Assembly: GCA_964370755.1 (NCBI GenBank)
Contig: CAYJKL010000001.1
Location: 9,046 to 73,045 of the forward strand
Length of the DNA: 64,000 nucleotides
DNA from: an uncultured Muribaculaceae bacterium
Lineage (GTDB): Bacteria; Bacillota_I; Bacilli_A; RF39; UBA660
Direction of reading: 5' to 3'
Under the pieces are notes generated by a model. That model was not told the origin of the DNA. It worked only from the letters and a program-made list of their open reading frames with translations, and did no database searches. Position 1 is the first letter of the stretch. Every line of letters begins with the position of its first letter. The position numbers and the translations under genes were made by a program. Shown here piece after piece: positions 17,240 through 27,756 of the stretch.

Positions 17240-18151
17240 TTATACATTATATTTTAATATTTCAATATTTTTGTAATAATGGTTTAAAATTTCTTCATAA
17301 TTACTTCCAAGTTTGGCCATCTCATTTGCTCCGTGCTGACTCATTCCTACACCATGTCCATATCCTTTAGTCGTAACAATTATTTCATCACTTATCTCTA
17401 TATTTATATCTGCTGATCTAATACCAAGAAGGTTTCTAAGTTCTGTACCTTTAAATTCTTTGTTATTAATTATAATAGTGTCTATATAACCACTTTCATT
17501 ATGAATAATGTTTTGTATTGTTATAAAATCACAAGATATATTTAATAGGGAACAAAAATTTTCTTTAGTAAATGTAGTATTTGTTTCATAATAGGCGACA
17601 TTTTTATCTAGTGGTGATTCTACAGGCACAATGTAATCTAAACTTGTTCCAAATACATTTGCAGCATCCTCTGTTCGGCCATTGCTAATAGAGAAATAAA
17701 ATGAACATATAACTTCATCATTATAATACATAACTAAATTTTCAGTTTCCTTTACAATAGTTTTAATTTTATCGTAATATAGATCAAAATCACCTTCCCA
17801 CTTGGTTTTCATTTCCTCTATTGTTATATAACTTTGTGTGGTAACATCTGTTGTTACATCATAGTTTACATCTGAATTTTCAATTTTGTAAAGTGCATAA
17901 GTACGTGATGCAATAGCTTGAGCTCTTAATGCCTCCTCATGAAAAAGAGCAGGCATTTCTGCTGCTACTACTCCTATAATATAATCCTCTAAACTTATAT
18001 TTTCTATTTTATTGTTTTCTTTTAAAACTTTTATTTCAATTTTTTTTTCTTCATTTTCTATTTTTTCTTCTTGAAGTTCATATTTGGGCATTAAGAAATA
18101 AACTAAACATAATGTAATATTTACTAAAATTAATACTATATTTTTTTTCAT
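17240..18151 (-). CDS. spoIID: Stage II sporulation protein D (SpoIID/LytB-domain lytic transglycosylase)
   Basis: Signal/TM N-terminus. Contains YIIGVVAAEMPALFHEEALRAQAIASRTYA and GYGHGVGMSQHGANEMA, both characteristic of the SpoIID family. Confidence 0.85.
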   Translation of the reverse strand: MKKNIVLILVNITLCLVYFLMPKYELQEEKIENEEKKIEIKVLKENNKIENISLEDYIIGVVAAEMPALFHEEALRAQAIASRTYALYKIENSDVNYDVTTDVTTQSYITIEEMKTKWEGDFDLYYDKIKTIVKETENLVMYYNDEVICSFYFSISNGRTEDAANVFGTSLDYIVPVESPLDKNVAYYETNTTFTKENFCSLLNISCDFITIQNIIHNESGYIDTIIINNKEFKGTELRNLLGIRSADINIEISDEIIVTTKGYGHGVGMSQHGANEMAKLGSNYEEILNHYYKNIEILKYNV

Positions 18152-18178
18152 ATAGAATTCTCCTTAGTAACTGTATGA

Positions 18179-18361
18179 TTAGTTTATAAATAAAATTACA
18201 AAATCTCCTAATAGGTATCCAAGTGATATACTTAATATAATTGCTAAAAGTTTTGCCTCAACCGCTTTATTTGTTTTAATAAAGTGGTCAAAATTTATAC
18301 CCGATACTGCAAATGTAGTTATTACTATACATATTGCATATATTGTTATCTCTATGTTCAT
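18179..18361 (-). CDS. Small integral membrane protein, DUF1146/YwzB-like
   Basis: 60 aa with two TM helices. Its position next to the spoIID/murA neighbourhood matches B. subtilis ywzB. The assignment rests on size, topology and context only. Confidence 0.45.
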   Translation of the reverse strand: MNIEITIYAICIVITTFAVSGINFDHFIKTNKAVEAKLLAIILSISLGYLLGDFVILFIN

Positions 18362-18810
18362 TCTGTCTCTACTTCTTGCTCATATGAAAATATTTTATTT
18401 ACTCTGTTTATATGACGCTCTTCTTTTGGTCTTTCTGTGTTTAAAAATGTGTCTACTATTTTTTTAGTTAATTCTATATCAGTTCCTGCACTAAGCGCTA
18501 TAATGTTTGCTCCATTATGATTTTTACATTTAAATGCATCATCTTCTGTTAAAACTCTTGCGCATCTAACTCCATTTACTTTATTAGCGGCTATGCTTAT
18601 ACCAATACCATTTCCGCAAATTAGTATTCCTTGCGCACCGAATTCTACAACTTTTTCTCCTATTTCAAAAGCAAAGTCTGGATAATCATCAAGTGGATTA
18701 TTTTCTAATTTGCTTTTTTCAACTTCTATGTTTTTAGATTTAATATACTGTATTAACTCCTCTACCATTTTTGTTCCTGTATGGTCTGAACCTATAAATA
18801 TTTTTTTCAT
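18358..18810 (-). CDS. rpiB: Ribose-5-phosphate isomerase B
   Basis: MKKIFIGSDHTGTKM and GILICGNGIGISIAANKVNGVRCA are RpiB/LacAB signatures. Confidence 0.9.
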   Translation of the reverse strand: MKKIFIGSDHTGTKMVEELIQYIKSKNIEVEKSKLENNPLDDYPDFAFEIGEKVVEFGAQGILICGNGIGISIAANKVNGVRCARVLTEDDAFKCKNHNGANIIALSAGTDIELTKKIVDTFLNTERPKEERHINRVNKIFSYEQEVETE

Positions 18811-18907
18811 AATCTTTTTCTCCTATGTCAATTATAATATAATAATTTTAAATAATAAATACTATGTTAATAACTTTACAAAAAAAAGAACGTTTTTTTA
18901 CGCTCTA

Positions 18908-19117
18908 TTATTTTTCTTCTAATCCGTATTTACGGTTAAATTTATCTATATTACCAGTTTTCTTATTAACACTTTTAAAATCTTTGTTATAAGCTGGATG
19001 ACATTTACTACAAACTTCAACTGGAATACTTTCCTTAGTTGATTTAGTTGTGAATGTTTCTCCACAAGCACATGTTACAGTTGCTTCTTTAGTTTCTGGA
19101 TGAATATTCGCTTTCAT
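18908..19117 (-). CDS. rpmE: 50S ribosomal protein L31 (zinc-binding type A)
   Basis: MKANIHPETKEATVTCACGETFTTKSTKESIPVEVCSKCHPAYN. Start at 19117 after GGAAGGAG; the tracked upstream extension is not credible. Confidence 0.9.
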   Translation of the reverse strand: MKANIHPETKEATVTCACGETFTTKSTKESIPVEVCSKCHPAYNKDFKSVNKKTGNIDKFNRKYGLEEK

Positions 19118-19218
19118 ACTATCGCTCCTTCCGCCATGCTTTTTATAAAGCATAGATTTGCATTTCCTATGTATTATATCATATTTTTTCAATTTTTCAA
19201 GTATGTTATTAGATTTTT

Positions 19219-20064
19219 TTATTTTAGTAAATTTTTATTTTTAATTTTAATTAGGATAACAATTGAAATCATACCTATCGTTATAAGTAATATACTATTT
19301 AAACTTAATCCAGTCTCTGGATTTTCTATCGCTGCATCTGTTGCACCTTCCGGCATTTGACTGCCTGTATCTGTTGTATCTTTTGGAGTCTCTGGAACTA
19401 CTGGATCAACAACTCCCCCTCCATTTGAACCTGTATTATTTAAATACTCTATTATATTATCTTGTAATTTTGTTGTCGTTTCTATTTTGTATGTATCTGA
19501 TGAAACTTGACAATAACCTAATGTTTCCATGTCACATAAAAAGTCTGATGACCTTACTAGAGCATATGTGTTTACTGTGTTTTTTACTTCATCTGACGCA
19601 TTTTGATTTATAAAATACATTGTAAGAATCGCCTTTGCTATGTCCTGACTTAATACACTATCAAAAGTGTATATATTATTTTCAAGTTTATAAGAATATA
19701 CCATTTTATGCTTATCATCGCTTTCAACTGGATTTGGACTTGTTGATGCACCTGTAATTATATTATTTGAGTCTTTCGTTAAATTTACTATTCTACTTTC
19801 ATAATACATTAGCATAGTATTGTAACTTCCTGTTGATAAGTCATTAGAACTGTATTGCAAGCATTTAAATGAGTCAGCTAATTCTTCTCTACCCATTAAA
19901 TCGTGCAAATCACAATACTCTACTCTAAACTTCTCATTTATGTCTTGATAGTCATAATTTAATAGATCATTTTCAAACTCTGCTGTGTCCAAGGCAAAAA
20001 CAGCTGCAGAATTTAAACTAAATGCAAGTGCTATAGTTCCTATTAACTTTAAACTTTTTCTCAT
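19219..20064 (-). CDS. Secreted surface protein with a C-terminal NPETG sortase-type cell-wall sorting signal (paralog 1)
   Basis: Signal peptide MRKSLKLIGTIALAFSLNSAAVFA. The C-terminus is MPEGATDAAIENPETG, then a hydrophobic stretch and KIKNKNLLK. Start at 20064 after AGGTGA. Confidence 0.6.
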   Translation of the reverse strand: MRKSLKLIGTIALAFSLNSAAVFALDTAEFENDLLNYDYQDINEKFRVEYCDLHDLMGREELADSFKCLQYSSNDLSTGSYNTMLMYYESRIVNLTKDSNNIITGASTSPNPVESDDKHKMVYSYKLENNIYTFDSVLSQDIAKAILTMYFINQNASDEVKNTVNTYALVRSSDFLCDMETLGYCQVSSDTYKIETTTKLQDNIIEYLNNTGSNGGGVVDPVVPETPKDTTDTGSQMPEGATDAAIENPETGLSLNSILLITIGMISIVILIKIKNKNLLK

Positions 20065-20143
20065 ACTTATCACCTATTATAATACTATATATAATTTTTT
20101 TATATTGCAAGATAAAAATGCTTATTTTTCCGCTATTTACGTG

Positions 20144-20944
20144 TTATTTACTTATTTTATTGATTTTTTTAACTTTTAACAACATGGCGCAAGAAATTGA
20201 TCCAATAATAATTAATAATAAACTATTTAAACTTAAACCAGTTTCTGGATTTTCTATTGCTGCATCAGTTGAACCTTCTGGCATAACTGTATCTTTACTT
20301 CCGCTTAAATAAGTAACTATATTATCTTGAAATTTTGTACTTAATTCTATTTGAAAATCAGAAGGATTTGTTTGACAAAAACCTACTTCTTCCATATCAC
20401 ATATAAAGTCACTTGAACTCCAAAAACCTACACCATTTACTAAATCTATAACTTCTTGTGATGCATTATTTGTTTTTAAAAATATTGTTAGTACTTGCAT
20501 TTGAGTAGAGTCATAGTTATTAGTTTCAATGTTATATACGTTATTTACTTTTTTATAACTAAACATATCTTGTATAACACCTGATGTTGGCGTACTTACT
20601 ATATCGAATGTTACTGATGTTATTATATTTGAAGAGTCTACTACTGGATTAAGTGTAGTTTCATCAAATATAGTTTGAAATGTCATTGTACCATTACCAT
20701 CTGCATCTATTATTCTAAAGTTATTATACTTTAAACATTCGTCTGTAGACGTAATTGTACTTATATCTTTACCAATGTAATTATTTGGTTCGCACATTAT
20801 TTCTAACATTTCTATTGTTTGATCGCTAGAATAACTGCTTTCTAAATTAGACTTAAATGCAGTTTCATCGAAAGCTGAAACAACCGCAGTATTTAAACTA
20901 AATGCAAGTGCCATAGTTCCTAACAATTTTAAACTTTTTCTCAT
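20144..20944 (-). CDS. Secreted surface protein with a C-terminal NPETG sorting signal (paralog 2)
   Basis: Signal peptide MRKSLKLLGTMALAFSLNTAVVSA. The C-terminus is MPEGSTDAAIENPETGLSLNSLLLIIIG...KVKKINKISK. The N- and C-termini are near-identical to paralog 1. Confidence 0.6.
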   Translation of the reverse strand: MRKSLKLLGTMALAFSLNTAVVSAFDETAFKSNLESSYSSDQTIEMLEIMCEPNNYIGKDISTITSTDECLKYNNFRIIDADGNGTMTFQTIFDETTLNPVVDSSNIITSVTFDIVSTPTSGVIQDMFSYKKVNNVYNIETNNYDSTQMQVLTIFLKTNNASQEVIDLVNGVGFWSSSDFICDMEEVGFCQTNPSDFQIELSTKFQDNIVTYLSGSKDTVMPEGSTDAAIENPETGLSLNSLLLIIIGSISCAMLLKVKKINKISK

Positions 20945-21016
20945 ACTTATCACCTAGTATAATAATATTATCTTTTTGTATGTATATCAAGGTAAAGAAG
21001 TTTGTTTTTTCATTAT

Positions 21017-21625
21017 TTACGTATTATTTACTTCTTTTGTATACTTTTCTTTGATTAATTTGTTTCCTTCACTGTTTATACTATGTGTTCCTTCGTATAA
21101 ATGCTCTTCTTTTATTTCGTTTTCTATGTTAATAAAGTTTATATTATATTTTGTTGCTAAATCATTTAACTTATTATTGATATCTTTGATTCTTATGTTT
21201 TCTGTATATAGACTGAATAAATTTATTTCCTTGTTATTTATTTTTGTTATTTCTTCGAGTATTTTATCCATATAATAAAGATATAATTTTATATTTTGAT
21301 TGTTACTTAGTTCATCCATACCAAGTGATATTGTTAATATATCTGCTTTTGCTATTAACTGTTTTATTGTTAAGTTGTTATCTCCTAATTTTGTATTGTT
21401 TATTAAAAAATCTAGTAATTGATCTGATGATAGATTGTTTAGTACATAGTCAGTGTTATAATCTTTTAAATATTTTTCTTTATCATTTATTATTAAGTTA
21501 TTAAATCCTTCTGCACTACTGTCTCCGATAGCCATAAAGTTTAATTTTTGATTATCAAAAAATGAGTATATTATTACTGTTAGAATTACTGCTACTATAA
21601 ATATAATACTTACTTTTTTTTCCAC
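21017..21625 (-). CDS. SGNH/GDSL-like hydrolase family protein with an N-terminal membrane anchor
   Basis: A TM helix followed by a block I motif FMAIGDSSAEG. The remaining blocks are weak. Confidence 0.55.
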   Translation of the reverse strand: MEKKVSIIFIVAVILTVIIYSFFDNQKLNFMAIGDSSAEGFNNLIINDKEKYLKDYNTDYVLNNLSSDQLLDFLINNTKLGDNNLTIKQLIAKADILTISLGMDELSNNQNIKLYLYYMDKILEEITKINNKEINLFSLYTENIRIKDINNKLNDLATKYNINFINIENEIKEEHLYEGTHSINSEGNKLIKEKYTKEVNNT

Positions 21626-21665
21626 TATATCATCTCCAAATAAAAATGTAGATTATCTCTCTACA

Positions 21666-22919
21666 TTATATTTCATCGATTTCGATTATAGCACCAACTT
21701 CTGATAATTTATTGATGATATTTTCATATCCTCTTAAAATGTGGTCAGCATCTTTTATTATTGTTGTTCCTTCTGCTATTAAACCTGCTAGTACTAAAGC
21801 AGCTCCACCACGTAGATCAACCGCTGTAATATTTGCTCCAGTTAATGTCATTGGACCTTTAAATACTGCACTCATTTTTTCAGCAGTAATTGTTCCACCC
21901 ATTCTATTAAGATATTTTATATGTCCCATTCTATTTTCATATATAGTTTCTTCGAAGAATGATGTTCCTTCAGCTTGTGTTAATAATATTTGCATAGGTT
22001 GTCCTAAATCTGTTGGAAAACCTGGGTATACAAGGGTTTCTATGTTAATAGGTTTTAAATTACTTGCTTTATTTATCTTTATTACATTGTTTTCAAGTAT
22101 ATAATTTATTCCCATATCTTGTAATTTACTTAAAAGCGAACTTAAATGTTCTTCAACGATTCCTTCTACTTCAAAGTTTTCACCTAGAAGAGCACCAATT
22201 ATTACATAAGTTCCACCTTCTATTCTATCAGGTATAACGGCTATTTCAGCACTTCCTAGTTTATCTACACCTTCGATTAATAAAGTATCTGTTCCTGCTC
22301 CACTTATTTTTGCACCCATTTTATTAAGTAAATCTATAATATTTACTATTTCTGGTTCTTTAGCAGCATTATAAATTGTTGTTGTACCTTCCGCTTTAGT
22401 TGCTGCAAATAAAATATTTAGTGTAGCTCCAACTGATGCAAATTTTAAGTTTATTGGGCATCCTACTAATTTATCTGCTTCTATAATATACTTTTCATCT
22501 ATTTGAGTTACTTTTGCGCCTAAAGCTTTAAAACCTTCTATATGTAAATCTATTGGTCTTTCTCCAATTTTACATCCTCCTGGAATAAATACTTCAGCTT
22601 TTTTATATTTAGCAAGTAATACACCCATAAAATAATATGATGCTCTTAATTTTTTTGCTAAGTCATAAGGTATTTCTTTGTAAGCAGCATTTCTAACATC
22701 TACTGTTATATTACTGTTATCAATATCTAAGTTTGCTCCTAATAACTCCATAATGTTTATTAATGCATCTTTATCTGAAATATTAGGTACATTTGTAACC
22801 TTTACTATTTCATCAGAAAGCATTGCAGCTGGGAGTAAGGCTACTGCACTATTTTTAGCGCCACCAATTTTAACTCTTCCACTTAAACTCTTGTTTCCTT
22901 CAATAATTATCCTTTTCAT
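21666..22919 (-). CDS. murA: UDP-N-acetylglucosamine 1-carboxyvinyltransferase
   Basis: MKRIIIEGNKSLSGRVKIGGAKNSAVALLPAA, active-site loop GGCKIGERPIDLH, C-terminal RGYENI. Start at 22919 after GGGAGG. Confidence 0.95.
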   Translation of the reverse strand: MKRIIIEGNKSLSGRVKIGGAKNSAVALLPAAMLSDEIVKVTNVPNISDKDALINIMELLGANLDIDNSNITVDVRNAAYKEIPYDLAKKLRASYYFMGVLLAKYKKAEVFIPGGCKIGERPIDLHIEGFKALGAKVTQIDEKYIIEADKLVGCPINLKFASVGATLNILFAATKAEGTTTIYNAAKEPEIVNIIDLLNKMGAKISGAGTDTLLIEGVDKLGSAEIAVIPDRIEGGTYVIIGALLGENFEVEGIVEEHLSSLLSKLQDMGINYILENNVIKINKASNLKPINIETLVYPGFPTDLGQPMQILLTQAEGTSFFEETIYENRMGHIKYLNRMGGTITAEKMSAVFKGPMTLTGANITAVDLRGGAALVLAGLIAEGTTIIKDADHILRGYENIINKLSEVGAIIEIDEI

Positions 22920-23013
22920 AATTACCTCCCTTTTCACACGTACAATATATTTAAACATATTTTTTTAAATTTATCAATCTTACTATAATAATTTTTTATG
23001 AAAATGTCAATTA

Positions 23014-23547
23014 TTATGCCAATAAATGTATTAATCCTAGTGTAAATAACACTATAATGCTGAGTATTTTTGCATATTTGCCGAGTATTTTACTGGTATA
23101 TTTACCTATTATTAAGCCTAATGCTGTAAAAAACATACTAAAAATTGAAAAGAATAGTGAATTAAATAAAATGTTACTACTTTCAAAACTAAGACCAAAA
23201 CCAACTGTAAAACTATCTAAACTTACACTAAATGCTAATAATAAAATCTCGTATATACTAAATTTTTCTTTACGATCTTCTTTTTCTACAAAAGATAAAA
23301 TTATTTGAACTGCTAGTATGATTAGCACTATTCCTAGTACGTAGTTTCCGTTAATATGTAGTAAATTAGAAACTTTAATTCCTACAAGAGCACCTAATAT
23401 TGGCATTATAAGATGAAAAAAACCAGTAAATATTATTAAAAATTTACCGTCCTTTTTTTTAAATATAGTTCCCAGTGCAATTGATAATGAAAATGCGTCC
23501 ATTGCTAAGGATAAACTAAGTAATATAGTTGTTATTAAATTTGTCAT
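23014..23547 (-). CDS. mntP: Manganese efflux pump MntP (DUF204)
   Basis: Two DUF204 repeats, each with the MDAFS / LDSFT motif (LSLAMDAFSLSIALG, FSVSLDSFTVGFG). Confidence 0.85.
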   Translation of the reverse strand: MTNLITTILLSLSLAMDAFSLSIALGTIFKKKDGKFLIIFTGFFHLIMPILGALVGIKVSNLLHINGNYVLGIVLIILAVQIILSFVEKEDRKEKFSIYEILLLAFSVSLDSFTVGFGLSFESSNILFNSLFFSIFSMFFTALGLIIGKYTSKILGKYAKILSIIVLFTLGLIHLLA

Positions 23548-23558
23548 ACTTAAATATA

Positions 23559-24062
23559 TTACTTGATGCTGTTTAATATGTTTTCTAGGTAAAACGAATA
23601 TTCTATTTCACTTAAGTTTTCACTTTGCATGTCTAAGTTACATAATGGCGGATATAAAACACACCACCAGTTGTCTCCTTTAGCTTCTCCTATTTCAATT
23701 ACAAGTGATTCGTAATTTCCACTTTCATAACTTACTCCTTTGTATGTTTTTACTGGAAAATAATTTTCTCCATAGTTTATATTATATGTAAGGTTTGAAT
23801 CTGTTAAAATAGTTTCTATTTCAGGTATTTTTTCTTCAATAGCATTTCTTGTTTCTTCAATGTTTTTTGAACTTTCTATATCTGATAGTACATTTGATAA
23901 TTTGTTTACAGTGTTTTCTTTTACTAATTGATCACTTACTTCATTACTGTTTGCTATAACTCTAAATCTAATTGATTCACTAGGAATTAAATATGTACCC
24001 TCATCGTTCATTATTAAGTTTACTGATGTTAATACAAATAAAAATATTATAATTTTTTTCAC
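23559..24062 (-). CDS. spoIIR: Stage II sporulation protein R
   Basis: Signal peptide, IRFRVIANSNEVSDQ, and the family-defining GDNWWCVLYPPLC. Confidence 0.85.
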   Translation of the reverse strand: MKKIIIFLFVLTSVNLIMNDEGTYLIPSESIRFRVIANSNEVSDQLVKENTVNKLSNVLSDIESSKNIEETRNAIEEKIPEIETILTDSNLTYNINYGENYFPVKTYKGVSYESGNYESLVIEIGEAKGDNWWCVLYPPLCNLDMQSENLSEIEYSFYLENILNSIK

Positions 24063-24106
24063 AATATCACTCTTTCTAAAATAATATTGTTCTAAAATTA
24101 TAATAT

Positions 24107-24820
24107 TTATTCATTAATTATAAAAATCATTCTGTTTTTTCCGGTTAAATCTTGTTTAGGAATAATTTTTCCTAATGGAAAATAATGTTTACTTATGTTT
24201 GTTATTTCCTCTGTTTGCGTTTCTCCGATTTCAAATGCTATTATGTTTTTTTTATTTAAAACTTCTTTTGCATATGATAATATCTTTTCATAAAATATTA
24301 AACCTTTATTATCTGCAAATAATGCTAAGTGAGGTTCATAATTAAAAACTTTTTTATCTATAATATCTGATCTGTCAATGTAAGGTGGATTTGACACTAT
24401 TACATCGTATTTACCTGGTATTTTGTTTAAAATATCATGTTTTATAAACTCTACATTTGTATTATTTATTTTGTTATTTTTTTTAGCAATTTCTAATGCT
24501 TTTTCTGATATATCAAATGCAGTAACACTTGTTTCTAACTCTTTAGAAAGCGTTATAGCTATTGCTCCAGAGCCTGTACCAAGATCTGCTATCTTTACAT
24601 CTTTATCAAAATTTTCTTTTATTAATTTTATAAGATTTTCTACTAAATATTCAGTTTCAAATCTTGGTATTAGTACATCTTCTGTTACTTTAAATTCGTA
24701 ACCATAAAAGTTTACGTTTCCTATTAAATATTGAAGTGGATATCCTTCGTTATATTTTTTTATAGCTTCTTCTTGTTTTTCTTTTGGAATATATTTTTTT
24801 ATTTGTTCTAAATCTTTCAT
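24107..24820 (-). CDS. prmC: Release-factor glutamine N5-methyltransferase (PrmC/HemK), short form
   Basis: SAM motif DLGTGSGAIAI and catalytic NPPY. It lies immediately downstream of prfA. Confidence 0.85.
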   Translation of the reverse strand: MKDLEQIKKYIPKEKQEEAIKKYNEGYPLQYLIGNVNFYGYEFKVTEDVLIPRFETEYLVENLIKLIKENFDKDVKIADLGTGSGAIAITLSKELETSVTAFDISEKALEIAKKNNKINNTNVEFIKHDILNKIPGKYDVIVSNPPYIDRSDIIDKKVFNYEPHLALFADNKGLIFYEKILSYAKEVLNKKNIIAFEIGETQTEEITNISKHYFPLGKIIPKQDLTGKNRMIFIINE

Positions 24821-24821
24821 A

Positions 24822-25886
24822 TTAATTCATTGTTTCGCCAGCAAGTTTTAATCTCATATCTTCAGTTACTAAAGCTTCTATAACTGCATCAATTCCACCA
24901 TTCATTACTCTATCAAGCTCCATTAGTGAAAAATTAATTCTATGATCAGTTACTCTGTTTTGTGGGTAATTGTAAGTTCTTATTTTTTCTGATCTGTCTC
25001 CAGAACCTATTTTATTTTTTCTTGTAGCTCCAACTTCATTTTCTTTTCTTTGTAATTCTTCATCGTATAATTTTATTTTAAGCATTTTCATTGCTTTATC
25101 TTTATTTTTCAGCTGACTTCTTTCATTTTGACAAGTTACTACTACTCCAGTAGGTAAATGCGTTATTCTTACTGCAGAATCGGTAGTATTTACTGATTGT
25201 CCACCTGCTCCAGACGAACGGTATACATCTATTTTTAAATCAACTTCTTTTATATCTATGTTTACATCTTCAACTTCAGGCATAACAAGTACTGTAGCTG
25301 TTGATGTATGCACTCTTCCTTGTGTTTCAGTTGATGGAACTCTTTGAACTCTGTGTGCTCCACTTTCATATTTTAATTTTGAGTACACACCTTCACCCTT
25401 AATTAGGCATTCAACTTGTGAAAATCCTCCACTTGTTCCTTCTATTTCATTAAGCATTTCAACTTTCCAACCATTTTTTTCAGCATAATATGTATACATT
25501 CTTAAAAGGTCTCCTGCAAAGATGTTTGCTTCGTCTCCACCAGCTGCTCCTCTTATTTCCATAACTACGTTTTTACCATCGTTTTCGTCTTTAGGAATTA
25601 ATAGTATTTCTAGTTCAGCATTTAAATCACTAATTTTTTTTGTAAGTGTTTCAATTTCCATTTCTGCTATTTCTTTCATTTCTGGATCACTTAACATAGT
25701 TTTTGCTTCTTCTAAGTCATTTTCAGCTTTTTTTAGTGAGTTATAACAATTTACTGTTTCTTCTAAGTCACTAAATTCTTTTGATAATGTTTTTACTTTA
25801 TTAAAATCACTTAGTACTTCTGGTTTGCTTAATTCTTCTTTAAGTTCTAAGTATTTTGCTTCAATATTATTTAATCTTTCTATCAT
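24822..25886 (-). CDS. prfA: Peptide chain release factor 1
   Basis: PST tripeptide region ([17 protein letters not shown]) and GGQ ([12 protein letters not shown]). Confidence 0.95.
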   Translation of the reverse strand: MIERLNNIEAKYLELKEELSKPEVLSDFNKVKTLSKEFSDLEETVNCYNSLKKAENDLEEAKTMLSDPEMKEIAEMEIETLTKKISDLNAELEILLIPKDENDGKNVVMEIRGAAGGDEANIFAGDLLRMYTYYAEKNGWKVEMLNEIEGTSGGFSQVECLIKGEGVYSKLKYESGAHRVQRVPSTETQGRVHTSTATVLVMPEVEDVNIDIKEVDLKIDVYRSSGAGGQSVNTTDSAVRITHLPTGVVVTCQNERSQLKNKDKAMKMLKIKLYDEELQRKENEVGATRKNKIGSGDRSEKIRTYNYPQNRVTDHRINFSLMELDRVMNGGIDAVIEALVTEDMRLKLAGETMN

Positions 25887-25914
25887 TTTTTTCCTCCAAT
25901 TTTAAAAAACAAGC

Positions 25915-26346
25915 TTACATGCCTGTTTCTTCGTCTTCGTCTATTAAAACTAAGTCAGCTAAATCATTGTCAGCTCTGTCATCAGTTTCTTCACCTTCAT
26001 AAAATATGTCATCTTCGATGGCAGGTTCTTCTTCAGTTTCTTCAATTTCCTCTTCGAAGTCATGCGCTTCTTCATCTTCTATTGTAACCGCTTGTAATTT
26101 ATGTTTAATTTGTAAGTCCCAGTATCCTTTGTCTAACATAATAAATTTTTTATTAGTTGATAAAAGTTCGAAAAATTCAGCTACATCATCTTTATAGCTT
26201 TCAAAATCAAGTTTTAGTAAATCACAAACCTTTTTGTAAAGGTTAATTAATTTTTCCTTTTTACCACTTTCTTGTAATATTAGATATGCTATTTCATCAT
26301 ATCCCATACACTCTAATTCGTCTAATGTTAAATCTTTAAGTTTCAT
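25915..26346 (-). CDS. rpoE: DNA-directed RNA polymerase delta subunit
   Basis: N-terminal HARE-HTH-like domain (MGYDEIAYLILQESGKKEKL...FIMLDKGYWDL) followed by a long Asp/Glu-rich tail, typical of Firmicute RpoE. Confidence 0.8.
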   Translation of the reverse strand: MKLKDLTLDELECMGYDEIAYLILQESGKKEKLINLYKKVCDLLKLDFESYKDDVAEFFELLSTNKKFIMLDKGYWDLQIKHKLQAVTIEDEEAHDFEEEIEETEEEPAIEDDIFYEGEETDDRADNDLADLVLIDEDEETGM

Positions 26347-26386
26347 TTTTATCCTCTCTTTTGTTGTATTATTATATGCATTATAC

Positions 26387-26737
26387 CTATAATTTTATAT
26401 CATATAATTTAATTTCTATTTTCACTTCAATGTCATCAATTTTATATTTTAACACTACTTCATCATCTGTTGTCTTGGCACTACACTGCACATCAAACTT
26501 ACAATTACCTTCTTTTCCAAAATCAAATGAGCATGTTTTTTCATTAAAATTAATAATCATTTTGTATTCACTAGTTTTTCTAGTATAAGTATTTTTTACA
26601 TAGTTGTAATTATTATACTCATCATTTTGAAGAAAAGTTATTTCAGTATTGTATATAATACTTGCTTTTTCTTCTTTGAGACAAATTATTAGTTTGTCAT
26701 CATTAAAAAGCTTCCAGTCTATTTGGTCTTTCAACAT
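26387..26737 (-). CDS. Hypothetical small protein, possibly DUF1934/YwiB-like beta-barrel
   Basis: 116-aa ORF predicted rich in beta-strands, adjacent to rpoE. The assignment rests on size and context only. Confidence 0.3.
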   Translation of the reverse strand: MLKDQIDWKLFNDDKLIICLKEEKASIIYNTEITFLQNDEYNNYNYVKNTYTRKTSEYKMIINFNEKTCSFDFGKEGNCKFDVQCSAKTTDDEVVLKYKIDDIEVKIEIKLYDIKL

Positions 26738-26841
26738 AACACCCCGCTTTTTTCCTAAACATTATATCACAACGTCAAATAAAATCAAGATTTTTTGATA
26801 CTTTTTTTAGACATATTAAAAATTTTTGTAAATATTTACTT

Positions 26842-27645
26842 TTATAATTCGAAATTTCTAGGTAAAGTTGACTTAATTTCTATTAATTTATTTGTTACTG
26901 GATGATTAAATTTTATTAGATGTGCGTGTAAAAACATTCTTTTTTCTTTTCTAGATCCATACTTTGTATCACCTTTAATTATACATCCTATATCTTTCAT
27001 ATGTACTCTTATTTGGTTTTTTCTACCTGTTTTTATTTCAATTTCTAACCATGTGTACATTTTTGATTCTTTTATTCTTTTATATAAAGTAATTGCTTTT
27101 TTTCCTTTATAACTACTTTTAACGTATAAATTTTTATCCTCTGCTAGGTAAGATTCTATTCTTCCTTCTTTTTTAGTTTTACCTTCTACTATAGTTACAT
27201 ATTTTCTTTCAACACTTTCCCAATTTTCTTGCATTTTTTCTTTTATTTTTTGACTTTTTGTAAACACTACTATACCAGATGTTTCTTTATCTAGTCTATT
27301 TACAATAAAAATTTTATTATTTTTATTTTTGTGTTTTACATACTCACTTACTTTCCAGTATAATGAATTGTTACTTGTTTCTGTTCCTATACAAAGTAAA
27401 TTATACGGTTTATCTACTATAATAATATCTTTATCTTCAAATAGTACTCTTAAATCTGATTTATTGTTATTAATTGATACATTGTCACCTTCTTTTAACT
27501 CGAAGTTAAACTTTGTAACCGTCTTATCGTTTACTTTTACTTTTTCTGTTGTTAATAACTTTTTGATGTCTTTTCTTTTTATTTCTTTTAAAATTAGAAA
27601 TTCAGTAAGTGTATTTTTTTCTTCTACTATAAACTCTTTAAACAT
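26842..27645 (-). CDS. RluA-family 23S rRNA/tRNA pseudouridine synthase
   Basis: S4-like N-terminus. Catalytic motif VNRLDKETSGIVVF and KNQIRVH. Confidence 0.85.
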   Translation of the reverse strand: MFKEFIVEEKNTLTEFLILKEIKRKDIKKLLTTEKVKVNDKTVTKFNFELKEGDNVSINNNKSDLRVLFEDKDIIIVDKPYNLLCIGTETSNNSLYWKVSEYVKHKNKNNKIFIVNRLDKETSGIVVFTKSQKIKEKMQENWESVERKYVTIVEGKTKKEGRIESYLAEDKNLYVKSSYKGKKAITLYKRIKESKMYTWLEIEIKTGRKNQIRVHMKDIGCIIKGDTKYGSRKEKRMFLHAHLIKFNHPVTNKLIEIKSTLPRNFEL

Positions 27646-27756
27646 ATTTTCTCCCTTTTCTTTTTATATACTATCATTAATTTGCGATTTTAGAAAGTTT
27701 TTTTACTTTTAACTCATACTTTTTACATTTTATGTGATACTAAGAATGGTGATTTT

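Noticed and set aside
23548-23558. Expected a yybP-ykoY manganese riboswitch upstream of mntP
   Set aside because: Only 11 nt separate mntP from the spoIIR stop codon, which leaves no room for a riboswitch.
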